Part shown: positions 27,767 through 40,896 of the stretch, piece by piece
Numbering within the stretch: position 1 is the first letter of the stretch
How the letters are laid out: every line of letters begins with the position of its first letter
Source: Podarcis filfolensis
Lineage: Eukaryota
Direction: 5' to 3' (one strand)
Length of the DNA: 64,000 bases
Assembly (NCBI GenBank): GCA_964270895.1
Contig: OZ185437.1
Notes under the pieces: generated by a model
Database searches by the model: none
What the model was told of the DNA's origin: nothing
The model's input: only the letters and a program-made list of their open reading frames with translations
Program-made: the position numbers and the translations under genes

Positions 27767-30700
27767 CTGTATACAGTGCCCTGACTAACTACCAAAGAAT
27801 GGCTACAGTTTTCCCTTTCTCTAGAGGACTTGAAGTATGGGGAATGGGGAGCTGGTAGTGGTGTGAGGTTTGAGCAGAAGCCAGGGAATATGCCTTTGGT
27901 TTGGCAAGTGAGGATAGAAACATGTACCCATTTTTGGTTCCCAGCCATTTCTCTCCTAGAAGTAAAGCAGGTCGCTCCACCCCACCCAGAAGATATTGCA
28001 TGTGGTGAAGTCCTCCTACATGTGTTTCTCCAAGGTCCAAGCTAAGTGCCTTCTTCAGTCAGAGAGGAGTTGTCAGCCCTAATGATTTAAAGACTTTATT
28101 ATATCACAGGAGGGAAATGTAAAAAACAACAACTGGGGGGGGGGGAGTCTATGGTTCTAATTAAGTTAGAAAGAAGGCCTCAAAATACAGGAAGGTAGTT
28201 TTAAAAATCATTTTGATTTGTTTCAGCATTTCAGATAGGTGCACCAAGGACTAAAATCTGATTGTATAAACTCCTGTGACACGTAACAGACCATTCTGAC
28301 TTCTAAGATTTAAGTCAAGTGATGACAGACTAGTTACATATTGGGAGAAAAGGGCTCTGGCGAGTCTTTTTCTCCTTTTCATGGAAAGGAAGTTGGTCTA
28401 GTTTCTCACTTTGACAAATTAGGTTCCTTTTAGAAAAGCTTATTCCCTCAGCACTTATTAGTGAACACATCTAACCTTCTTGGGTATCGCACTTGAGATC
28501 ACACACACCTCCCGACTGCAGCAAGTTATATTTATCACTGGCACTTGTCCTTTAAAAGTTGCAAAATAACTAATTAAATAAAGGCATCCATTTGCATCTC
28601 CCAAAGTTGGTCATGTTTTAAGACCAAAGCTTGTTAATGAACAATACCTTACCCAAAGGGATTAAAAAGTAAGTATGATATTTTTGATGCCTTTTTGCCT
28701 TGTCATGAGGTTAGAAATAACCAGCAGACATAGTGATGAATTTAACTCCACATTCAACCTGTGAAATTCTCATTTCTAGGCCATCGTTTTGCACATGCCT
28801 TTCATGAAGTGGCTGTAACCTGGACTAGATTCATGCAGGAGCTTGATAGCAGGGATGGGGGATAACTTGAATTCAGTTTACATTCAAAGACAAGCCTGCC
28901 TCATTGGCATTTTTGAAAAAGCAACACAGCAACACAGCACAGCAGCACACAAAGAAAAACACAACCATGCTTTGAAAATTGCACTTCTCTGAATTTTGCA
29001 ACGTTTATGTTAGGAGAAATTGCTTACAAAAATATGCATAGTAAGGAAAATTGCATACACAAATTGTATATATTGGGGAAATTTGCACCAAATTGTTGAT
29101 TAATTTCTGGAGGCTTTAAAAAAAAAGAGAATCACATACTGATGTGGAAATGTGGAGAAATGAATTTAAGACTGGAGGGGAAATGAGAAACTGAGTAAAA
29201 CTGAAATCGACAGATTGGTACATCCTTATACAGTAGGTTGGGAACAGATCCCATGGCAATTTTGGAGATGAGGGGCAGGTTTCCACTCCCTCTCTATTGC
29301 ATCAATGGTATTGGTTCATTTGCTTTAGCCAGGGTCCATGAGAAGTGACTCAGCCTATCTGCGTAAGCCTACCTTTTATTACAGATCCCTTCTCTAGTTC
29401 TGTTTTCCCTGTGCTTCAGTATTGGGAACAAGCACAGACAGATACACACAGAGAGAGCAAGAAGGCTGCAAATTGCATGTGAAGATCTCTTCAGTTGGCA
29501 GAAGGGATAGACACACCTTTGAGGTTAGGAGAGACAGGGCCAATTTAATGGATAGGCATGGTTTAATAGACCTTATCCACACATACAACAGAGATGCCAA
29601 ACTACTAAATCTCCAGATAGAGACAATGCAGCTTGAGGTTGTCCAGATGTGTGTTTGGGCTGTAGCAAGGACTCTGGGCAATGGAAATGGATGTCGAAAC
29701 CTTAAGCCTCCTGCTACAATTAACCAGCATACTGACTGACCTGAGCTACAAGTTGTATGCAGTGTTTCACCAGGTCAGATGCTACATTATTTGTGAGGAG
29801 GAGGAGGAGGAGGAGGCCGGGCAGGAAATGGATGTGTGCAAGCCCAAAAATCACTTCCTTAAACCAGGTTAAGGAAGTAACATCTGATTGGTCCCAAGGT
29901 AACATTCTTTGGAATGTGCTTCCATATGATGATTGTTATACCAGTCACTTATTAGAACATGTTATAAATACTTGTCTTACCAAATGGAGATGCATTCCTA
30001 GTTCACAGTGGATGTGTGAATCAAGAGTTCATTCACTATGAGACCAACTGCTCAATCTTGGGCTTGATTACTCAGATGTTCAGTGGTACTTAAGGCCAAA
30101 CCTGGTACCCATCTATTTAGGGCTTTCCCTCCTCTCAGGTGGGCACCATTGCTATTCTAAGAGAACAATGGAGGTGTTCATGGTGAGTTCCAGCAGCTCT
30201 TTTTCTAGATAAATAGCACTGCATATTCATGAAACACATGCTTGCAGGTTCAGCTAAAAAAAAAATGTGTGGAGAAGTGGAGGGAAGAGTTGGCAAAAAT
30301 AGAAAGAAGGCTGATTGTACAGGGACAGCTTCTCTCTGTGTGCTAGCTGCCTCCATGAAACTTGCAGCAAGTTCACCATTCAAAAATTTATATACCATTT
30401 AATACGTTAAGTGGTATACATAAAAACAATCCACAGAAAACTGCGCAATACAGGGATAAAAAAAATCAAACACAATTAAAAAATAATTAAAATGTATTCT
30501 TAAACTGAATGCTACTTAAAAACGTTTGCTGGAACTAGAAAGTCTTATGTCATGTGCCTGAAGTTCAGCAAGAGGGTGTCTATCTTGGTTATTATGCAAA
30601 GGAACGTGGAGCCAAGGAAAGGATATATAGCTGCTCATTATGTCCCCAAAGGGAGTACCCTAGCAAGTTTCCTCACCCTCTAAGACCGTTCAGTTTCAGC

Positions 30701-32775
30701 AAGCAAAATAAATGTGTAAGGAAAACACGATCTGCTTATCAATTCATTAAAGTTGGATTTGCTTAAAATACCTTATTCACGCTCCATTGGGTGCAGTCCA
30801 CACCTGTGCCTTTCTCTATGGCAGAATGGACTGGATTTTCTGGATTTAAAAAAAGATTAGACCTCTTTTCTTTCAATTAATTTTATCAGCCTCCCTCTAC
30901 AAATTCTTGTGTGAGAATTTTGACATTCAAATAACAAAGTTATCATCAGAAGGTCATATTTTGCCAACGATGTCCAAGGTTATTGTTTTTTTATGCAGAA
31001 AATGTTGAATGGATGCCTGTGATCTAGCAAGAACTGTTGCAAAATATTACGGGGATCTAGAGTTCATTGCTTGCTTTGCTCTACTTGTAGGGAGTTTACT
31101 TTTATTTTTTTCAGTTTGAGTATTTTCAATACATACTTTTTCGTGTGTGTGTTCGGCATAGCTGTCTGTCAGTTTTTCAGGGCAGAAAAGAATTTGGAAA
31201 CTAGAGAATGGTAAGAACAGAATTGTTTTGAAAGGAATCGCCCCACAGCATTCAGGGCCAAAAGCTTTTATTAAAGTTTTATGAAAATCCTCCCTGTTTT
31301 TTACATTCCAGTTGAGTCTATTAACTTTGCAGGTTTTGATGATCTAGCAGGTATAAGTACTTTTCACATTAAATGCAGTGTTGACAAAGGAAATTCACTA
31401 GCAAAGGTTTCATTAACTGGGGATTATACTGAAACCTTTTCCCAGAATCACCAATAAATGGAAGCTTAATCCAAAATTTGGCTTTCAAACCAAGTGCAAC
31501 AAATATAATTTATTTTTTTGTTCAGCTTCAAGTTATGCATTGCTTTCTTAATAGTATTCACACTCTCATTTATACTGTCCAACATATTCATTTGCATTAG
31601 TAAAAGAAAAAAGCCTGTAAGAAAACATGTATATGAAGAAGTTTCAGTTTTTAATGATATGATCATGACAATATGACATTCCTTTTTTCTTTTTCTTGCT
31701 TTGCTCTTGCTTTCATCCTCTTCTTACTCTCTTTAAAGGTTTGCAGAATTTTACAACACATTTTATATCTGAGAGATGCACATTGGTGATCATGTGGCTT
31801 TACCATGTGGTGGTGGGAATTGCTATGTTAATAACTGTCTTAATAATCTGAGATATGAATCAGTCTTGTGCCTTTGCATGCAGTCACTGCCCTCTTCTCA
31901 TCTTGGTACACCTGAAAGCAATATGAAAGTCTTCAATTAACCAGAGTTTCCTGTTTTGTCCAAACTGGAAAACTTATGTTTACTAGCTTTCAAATAAACC
32001 AGGATCTTAAACCATCGTTTGGACTTGGCTTGAGAGCCTGGTTTGTACTGAAGGTGGTAACCATAGTTCCCTGTTTTAAATGAAATGGGAAAATACAGTT
32101 TTAATAGGCAATACTAAAACTAGGAGTCACTGGTAACAGATTGACTTTGTAGGGCCTCAGCTTTTAACCTTGCTGTTTTAATTGCAATAGGACATGGGTA
32201 GCAAATTATTAAGTAAAAAATAGATATTACAGAAAGATGCTCACACCTTTACAGTCTCATAATAAATATTAATCATTTTATTCATTATCCAGAACACTTT
32301 TTCTTCAGATAAAAGAATAAAGTATTCCAACCAATAGACACTTTTTTTGGGGGGGGGGAATAAAACTGCATGAAACTGGAAGCAAATTTTACTCACATTT
32401 TAAAAGTTTTGTGTTTGTATTAAGTCTTTTATGTAGGTGTAAACAGTACATGAATTCAGAAACTTGTGTCATGTGGTATGCCTTTCTTTCTAAATAAGAT
32501 ATGTGGAGTCAATCTTCTCTGAAAATCATAATTGGGTCCTCTTGCACTGAATCTCTTTTCCTGTCCATATATGATGATGTTGATATTGATTTATAAAGCA
32601 CCATCAATAGTTTAAAATGCACAATTCATAAACCATTACAGTATAATACATTACAGTATAATAAAACTAGCTAATCAGACCCAAAGGCCTCAGAGAAAAC
32701 ATTAGTTTTTAAGAGAGATTTAAGCATTCTGAAGGTTAACCAGCCTCATATAACCAACATGCTTAAGTCAAATAA

Positions 32776-32915
32776 GAATCATAGAGTTGGAAGGGACCTT
32801 GACAGTCATCTAGTCCAACCCCTTGCAATGCAGGAATCTCAGCTAAAGCATCCATGACAGATGGCCATCCAACCTCTGCTTAAAAACCTCCAAGGAAGGA
32901 GAGTCAATGACCTTC
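32776..32915 (-). mobile_element. CR1 3' end
   Basis: agaatcatagagttggaagggacc...catctagtccaaccccttgcaatgcagg...aaaaacctccaaggaaggagagtc. Confidence 0.85.
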
Positions 32916-35900
32916 TGAAGGAGGCCGTTCAAACAACAGATGGAGAAAGAGCCTTCCCAGCATGGGCTGCAGAAGAGTCCGTCCCCCTACATTTCAAATG
33001 TCAGGCACATGCTTTTTCTGCCCAGAAGCACATAGAAGGGACTTCTCTGCTCTAGATATACTTTCAGAAGAGGATTAGAGAACAGTAGGTTGACCAAAAT
33101 GTTTCCAGAGCATGTCTGAATTCAAACACAGCTATAAAAATATGTGTGGCTTTGTGATTGGGGGGCATTCCCCCCCGAAAAATAAAATAAAATGCCTGAC
33201 ATCAGCCTTAGAGGTAGCCATAGTGTAGCAGCCTCCACAGTTAAGTCTCAGAGAATTTCATTTGAAAATCACTTCTCATTGCATCGTATCGTATCACTTC
33301 TCATTGCATCGTATATCAATGTCATTTTTCTGCCAGATGGAAAGTGTTGCTATGACACTCATTGCCAACCCTCATCTTATGGCACAATCATCCAGTTTGT
33401 TTCTACAGTCCTTAAGCATTTTTCAGGCCTTTTACTTCCTTGTAAATGTATATCACTTCTGTATACATTCTGGGTTTCATGATACAGTAGCCTTTTTTCT
33501 CTGCTGACCTTCTGTAGCTGCTTCTTCCCAAGTCCTCTCCCTCTAGACCAACAGAGGAGTTAACACCATAACTGGGAAATCTAAACTCAAGCTGTTCTTT
33601 TTTTATATAAAGAAAAGAATAAATCCCCTCTTCTTTTCATAGCCAGTTCCATCATGAAGCCAGTTCCTTGGTGCTCAGTAAAGAGAAACCAAATATTGCC
33701 TTTTGTTACAGGCATAGTAAATTCAATTAGTACTTATAATTGCCTTTTATCTTAGTCGGTCAGACTGAAATATTTTCAGCATGAGACCTCCAGAGTTTGT
33801 GTACAATACTTTAAATTACGAAGAGTTGGAACGGAATCGTATCAACTATATGCCCCCCCAAGCAAGCAATGAAATGTTTTAGAAAAATAATAAACAGCTC
33901 TTCTGTCATCGGACAGCTTCATTTTCTTCACCAGATTAGGGTGGTCTCTAAAGTTCTCAGCAGCTGATCTGACAGAATAAAGCTGAAACAAATTGCTATT
34001 GCAGTAATCCTTTACTGGCAGTAGGTGCTGGAAGGGAGAGAAATCAACAAGAGGCATATAACTAAATTGGCTAGCACACCCGCCTGTGTAATAAGGTTCT
34101 GGCTTGCTGAACAATCTGTTTCTGCAGGTTTATCTGGACATATTAAACTTTTCTTTTGGCTGTTGCGTTTGGATGGAAGTAAGGCATCAAACAGAAAACA
34201 GCCACAAATGTCAGTTGCACAGGCCTTTAGCAGGTAGACTTGCACCATGAAAGCACAGCGCTATCAAGGATTGATCCAACCAAGACTGTGGCATGACTGT
34301 ATGGGAGCTGCCTAATTCTTCTTTCTAAATGTGGTTCCCATATCTGGCACGATACTGAATTTTTTTTTCTTTCTTTTTGAAGATGAATTGAAGACTTCCT
34401 TGGGTTGGATCTGACTTCCAAATCAATCAAATTATTTTCAGATAGAACCAGAGCTACTATCACTAATTGGATCTTCTCTTTCTTTATTTTGTTTTACAAC
34501 TTCATCTGTTTTTCAGCTTTACCAAACTCTGCTTGGCTTATCAGCCAAAAGGACCTGGACAAATCTGAAATTGCTTTAAGGCGAATGTTGCTGTTTATAC
34601 GGGATTGAACCATATCCCAACTTGTATATATGGCTCTCTTACCCACCCACCAAGAGCCAACTAAAATCCCTGAGAAAGATTTGTGCATGGACAAAATGTC
34701 TCCATTGTAACTGGGCTCCAGGTCCGTTTCAGCACATAAAATAATATGGGTTTGTTTATGCCCTGTTTAAGAACATAGTCGGTTACGCAAGGATTTTTTT
34801 TTATAGGAGTGTCATTATATCGTATAAAGACAGCTTTGATATGCTCCCTAAATCGTTTGTGTGAATTGGCATTCTCTTACTAGATTGAGTGTACCTATAA
34901 AGTTTTTTAAAAACTTATAAACAAAACGAGTGTTTTTCTTTGCTGCCTGCTATGCCTGGAGCTCAATCTGAGAACCACTTCTTTAGGGACATCTGAATGA
35001 TTCAGATCAGGTGTCATTGCAAACTGGAAATTACAAGCTCAACCCCCACTGCACCCCATAGTCCTCTGTGACTTTAAGGGTGACTGAAGTGGGGAAACTA
35101 CTACTTGTAGTCTCCTCATGCTTTTTCATGAGGCCTTTGCAATAACTCCTTACCCATCATCCTTAGCTAGAATCAAGGTGCATTAACCCCCTAATTACCT
35201 TTCTATTGCCTTCCCATTCCTCTGCTGTCTTCCTTCACTTTTGGCTTCAGATTGTAAGTTCCTTGGGAGGTAAGGACCTGTCTGTGGCATTTGATTTTGA
35301 AGCTCTTGTCAAGCATTAATGTCATAGATTGTTCTGTCTGTCAGTCAGTCGGTCGGTATTCGTATATGGATAAAGACAGAATAACACTGAAGGATTTCTC
35401 AATTCGGGCTCTTAGAGCAAATGCCACTTTCCCACATTAACTTGACAAGGACATGACCAGATGAACACTGAAGGGTTCTTTGTTCTGAAGTATAACGACC
35501 GGCATAAAGGAAAAGGGATGTTCTAAGTAGGCCACTGTTACCTTTCACATACAAAAAGGAAAGATTCTTCCCGTCTTTCCCATTGGTCACTTTTTCATGT
35601 TTCTCTTACTGTCTGACCATGGCAAAGAGCTTGCCAAGATTAGCTGATGGCCAAACCATCTTCCATTTCTTGCAGTGATTCTGGTTAAGAAATCCCCTCA
35701 AACATAGAAATAAAGTCTCTCTGCATGTCACCAAACTACATCAACTGGGCTATAAATCCAGAAAAGTTTCTTACTTTATGGACTTTGGCACCCAATGCTT
35801 ATACCATCTGTCCAGATTTTATAATGTTATGCTGGCGTGGCAGTTGGTGTGCCTCATCCAGAGTATTTCCATCGGCATAGCAAATTTAGGACCACTAGAT

Positions 35901-37599
35901 TCTCCGACCTTCATATAGAATTACTATTATTTCTTCGAAGTAATGACAGTGAGTTCCTTCTAAGTGCTGCTGTTGCACCAGCTCTGTTTCAGAATTGGCA
36001 GCTTCATGGCTATACGAAGGAAGGGACAAGTCTTGCTAGAGGGAAAAAATTCTGTTTGCTCTGGTCCCCTAATTGCAACCACTTCCCCGTGGCAATGGAG
36101 AAATTGACTGCACCACATGAACACCTTGGTCTGGCCAGCTTCCTAGGGATAAATTTGCATCTTATATTTTATGAACAGATGTGTGGATATGTACCCATCT
36201 TTTCATGTTCTAAAAATAAATCATTTATAAACAGTTCCAAAAGTGTTCCAGTTATAGGCAGGTGATATATTGTGGGCATCATCCAATACAGGGTGCCAAC
36301 GTGAGTAAAATATTGGGGGGTGCAGGTAAACCCCACCCTGCATAATTGATCACATGACATGGGGTATAAATAGTAAATTTATAAATAGTGGAATGGGATG
36401 AGAGCATTAGGGTTATCCTCAAAATTTCAGTGCAACTGAACTTCCGTTCTCATGACTCCAACAGTCATGTTCCTGTGGAACATCAACACAGACATGTGAT
36501 GAAAACACTCACACATCAGCAGTAGGAAGGAATGAAATCCCAACATGGGACATCCCTATTTTCATTGGAGAAATGTTGGAAGGTATACAATAGGGCAATA
36601 CTGTCTTTGGGCAAGGGCAGACAATGGCTGTGGTTGTACCTACTAGAGGGAACTGTGGGGCCTTTTGAGTCCAAATGGCTTGTGCAATTCTACTGGCAAG
36701 TTGTAGGTAAACAATTCCAAAGCACTTTTTAGAGTGCTGCCATTTAGTCCCTTTACTGCTATTTGTAGTTTGCTGCAGGCAAATTTTCAGTATTTTTCAA
36801 ATGTCTGTCATTAATGCTGGAGTGATGAAGCTGTGATAGACTACACCAGTTGTCATCCCAGAATAGTATCTGTGCCTGCTTTGCATCAATATTCTTTAGC
36901 GTTCTGACTTTTAGAAAAATGGTTTTAGTCTAGCATACTTTAGAACTGGATGCATAGGGTTTTTTTTAAAGCAATGTCAACTTAAAAATCATTATGTTAG
37001 TCCTGACATACATAGACTTGTTAACACATTTCTTGCAACAAGCATTGTTAAAAAGACTTGGTTACTCTGGAGCTTTGAAACCTTTCTGTCTAGCAGTGTC
37101 TGCAGATTTTACCCTGGTGTTGCCTGGCATCCAAAAAGATTCTTGTTCACCTTCCCAGACCCAATCCATCAATGCGGCAAGACATCTGCAGTTGTGGTGG
37201 CTGTCTAACTGTCAGAGGAAGGTCCAGTTTCAATAGTAAATCTGAGCTGCAGGAAAGAGGAGATCAGATCATCAGCGCAGGGCAGTTGCAGTTCCCTAAC
37301 AATACTCACTGAAAAACACAAGAATTTTTCAGACCTCTTTAATATAAGAATATAAATGTGGACCTAAAGCAATAATGTAGCCTCCCAGCCTCTAGCAGGG
37401 CAGCTTCTGGTCAGGCCTCCAGCCAACCTGGAATAGGAGTCTTGAAGTGCTGTTCAGGGCTTATAGAAACAGAAGGTCTAAGGATCTTCCTGCAAGTTTC
37501 CTTCTTTGTCTTCTGTAGTGCTAAAGGGCTGGCAGGCTGCCAGCCAACCATGTCTCTAAGCACTTCATTGCTATATTGCAGCATACAGTATTGGATTGT

Positions 37600-38188
37600 C
37601 TCAAGCGGACTGTCTTGCTAGAGTGGTGCATACTCTGGTTATCTCCTGCTTGGACTACTGCAATGCGCTCTGTGTGGAGCTACCTTTGAAGGTGACCTAG
37701 AAACGTCAACTAATCCAGAATGCAGCAGCTAGACTAGTGACTGGGAGTGGCTGCCAACACCAGTCCTGTAAGGCCTACATTGGCTCCCAGTACGTTTCTG
37801 AGTACAAGTCAAAGTGTTGGTGCTGACATTTAAAGCCCTAAACAGCCTCAGTCCTGTATATCTGAAGGTACGTCTACAGCCCCATCATTCAGCCCATACA
37901 CTGAGGTCCAGCTCCGAGGGCCTTCTGGCAGTTCCCTCACTGCGAGAAATGAGGTTACAGGGAATCAGGCAGCGGGCCTTCTCAGTAGTGGCACCCACCG
38001 TGTGGAATGGCCTCCCATCAGATGTCAAGAAAATAAACAACCACCTGGCCTTTAGAAGACATCTGAAGGCAGCCCTGTTCAGGGAAGTTTTTAATGTTTG
38101 ATGATTTACTGTATTTTTAATATTTTGTTGGAAGCTGCCCAGCGTGGCTGGGGAAACCCAGCAAGATGGACAGGGTATAAATAAAAAG

Positions 38189-38229
<41 letters not shown>

Positions 38230-38230
38230 A
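37600..38230 (+). mobile_element. L2 LINE 3' end with (TTA)n tail
   Basis: VVHTLVISCLDYCNAL...NAAARLVT...VLVLTFKALNSLSPVYLK...RAFSVVAPTVWNGLP; ends in an ATT repeat. Confidence 0.92.
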
Positions 38231-38726
38231 ATAATACAGGTGCATCAACTCTGGGGGCTGAGGGGCTGAGGTGCCTTCGGCCACCTCAATATTTGTTGGA
38301 AGGTGATTGGATCCCCTCAATGTTGAGGGGGCCCAGCATGCATCATGCACACATGATGTCACAGCTCCAGTGGCCGGCTCCTCCAAAGTGTTTGGCATCC
38401 TCCAGACAACGCAACATTGCATGCGCATTGTGCAAGATGCCTATGATGTCACACAGACCCCTTTATCATAAGTAAGCTCAATTAAGATTTCCTCAGGTAT
38501 TTCCTGAACTACTGCACCTTCATTGTACTTGCACTGCCACACTACCTTTTCCTCTCCATACATTTGGCATTCCTTATTTCTCCCTGTGCCCATCCTGGTC
38601 TTGTCCATATATAGGGAAGAGTTCAATACTGTGCTCTTCTGATGGTTCCATCAGCACAAGAATTCCACCCCTGTCCCTGTGCTGCCCTGGGGAATTCTCC
38701 TAACCCTCCAGAGCAGATATGGAGGG

Positions 38727-39066
38727 CAGTGGCGGAGCAAGCTGATTGGGCGCCTGGGAAAGTGCACGTCCAGGGGCGGGGCCAGCTGCCCCTGGGGGCA
38801 GGGGCAGCTGGGACAGGACGCTCTGCAGGGCCTCCGGAGTCTGCCTGCTCCCTCCCACTTAGCCACCCTACAGCTGAGGGGGAGGTGATGGGCGGACCGT
38901 TTGGGGCAGCGCAGAGCCTGCGGGTACCCAAGCCACCGTGTCACTCCCAGGAGAGATGCGTGGCTCGGGCACACTGCAGGCCCCGCGGTGAGTACCACTT
39001 GGCATACCCCTCAGTGGTGACACCTGGGGAGACCTGCCCCTACCACACCCCCTTGCTCTGCCCCTG
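38727..39066. mobile_element. GC-rich non-autonomous hAT element (340 bp)
   Basis: TIR CAGTGGCGGAGCAAG/CTTGCTCTGCCCCTG (13/15), perfect 8-bp TSD ATGGAGGG. Confidence 0.92.
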
Positions 39067-39962
39067 ATGGAGGGAAGCCTGGGGAGTGCACAAGGGGACG
39101 GGGGGAGCCCTGTGGCACTATTGGGATTCCTTGTTAAGGCTTCCGCTAGCATGTTGGGTTAGTTGAATCTAGCCACTCAGGTTCTTCTGTGAGCTTTTTT
39201 TTTAATACTTGCATTATGTGGGCACTAATTTAATGCTGCACAGCATTAGTAATAGGCCTGTATGAATATAGATTGAGGTACACCTAGAAATCAAGTCAAA
39301 ATATACTTGCTGTAAAGGTTACTAATAGCTGATAAAGTTATTAAGGAGCGTGAAAAGAAAGCAAAATTCCTAGCTCCATTGCCGATCCTGTTTCCTTTTG
39401 CAAATTTGGTGCAACCATTTCCCTTCCTACTTAGATAAAATCTCAGAGTGGAATAATTTCAGCTCCTTAATAGTGATTAATTTGGGTGAAAACTTTCCTC
39501 ACTTAGCTGTTGGCCTGCACTTGGACATTCTTTCAGCTAGCCGTAGTTCATAAAATAATGGAGGGGAATTAAGAATGGTTTATCAAGTTATAAATTAATC
39601 ATGAGGTACTTAAGGTATTTCAAACTACCAGTACGATAATATTACAGACTTTCAGTCATATTTGACAAATGTCAGTCTCTGCTCCTGTGTAACTTGTGAT
39701 TATACTCAGGCCAACTAACTCTCCAAGATATTAGCTTGCAAGTGCTTAGCGCTTGCAAGAAAATGTTATGGAGCCCTCTATTTTTGTTTTTTAAAAAAGG
39801 CAAGTAGAATAAGAAACAGCTGCAAATTAGATTCCCAAATCCACTAATGACCATTAGTTACTGTAACAGAAAATCATAGTTCTGATTTTTCAAATGGAAT
39901 ATTTGTTCTCCTTACTGATTTAAATTGACATTTATAGACTTCTTTGAAATCTCCCCTTGCAG

Positions 39963-40166
39963 CAGAGCTTTCCAAAACTGTGTGTCGTGACACATTAGTG
40001 TGTCGGCTGCAGTGTGTAGGTGTGTCGCACGAGTGCTCCGTTGCTCCTCCTGGGGCTGGAAAGGGTTATTTAACCTCAAGTTTGCTAGTAAAACTGAATT
40101 ACTGTGTCGTGAAATGATGCATGTCCAAAAAGTGTGTCACCAACTTGAAAAGTTTGGAAAGCTCTG
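39963..40166. mobile_element. hAT MITE
   Basis: TIR CAGAGCTTTCCAAA/TTTGGAAAGCTCTG, repeated TGTGTC subterminal motifs, degenerate TSD ccttgcag/ccttatag. Confidence 0.8.
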
Positions 40167-40763
40167 CCTTATAGGTTTGCAAGGCTTAAACTGGTTTGCC
40201 ATGGCTCCCCAGAAGTGTTTTCAAAGTGTAGGGCTCAGCCTGGTTCATGCAAAATTAAAATAGATGGGGGAGTTTTTGAACACTGGCAGAATGCATTCCC
40301 CTATTCAATAGACCAGTCTTGTTCCTACCAGAGCTAAAACGAAATTTCTTAGAGGAGATTTTTTCTGAGGAAAATGCATGAGATTTTTTCATTTTCCTAA
40401 CATACACACCCCACAAAAATGGGCATGATGCCCATTTTCCTCAGATTATCCTCCAACATTTTAATTCTATTTTATTATATCTTATTTATGGTGGCTGCCA
40501 TATCCCCCCCAACAATGCCCTGGAATAATAGAATACCCTGGGACATTGTGGATGCACAATGGTAGCAAAACTATCTGCATATTTGGTGCTGTTGCCACTA
40601 GTATCATCAGCATCAAACAACAGCAACAAACCTTTGGGGGGGGGGGGAAACATGCCATATGCATTTCCCTCTAGTTCCTACATATCTGGGTCTATGTATT
40701 TTTTAAAAAAAGAAATAACAACTTTTATTGAAGCCTTTCCCCCCCAAACAATAAACTTTAAAC

Positions 40764-40896
40764 CAGGCATAGGCAAACTCGACCCTCCAGATGTTTTGGG
40801 ACAATTCCCATCATCCCTGACCACTGGGCCTGTTAGCTAGGAATCATGGGAGTTGTAGTCCCAAAACATCTGGAGGGCCAAGTTTGCCTATGCCTG
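40764..40896. mobile_element. Palindromic hAT MITE (same family as 3168-3303)
   Basis: TIR CAGGCATAGGCAAACT/AGTTTGCCTATGCCTG, perfect TSD CTTTAAAC. Confidence 0.93.

Noticed and set aside
28851-29230. Probable DNA-transposon-derived repeat
   Set aside because: Looks repetitive, but no convincing TIR/TSD pair could be defined.
38623-39152. Overlapping 94-141 aa ORFs on both strands
   Set aside because: Explained by the GC-rich hAT insertion, which lacks stop codons.
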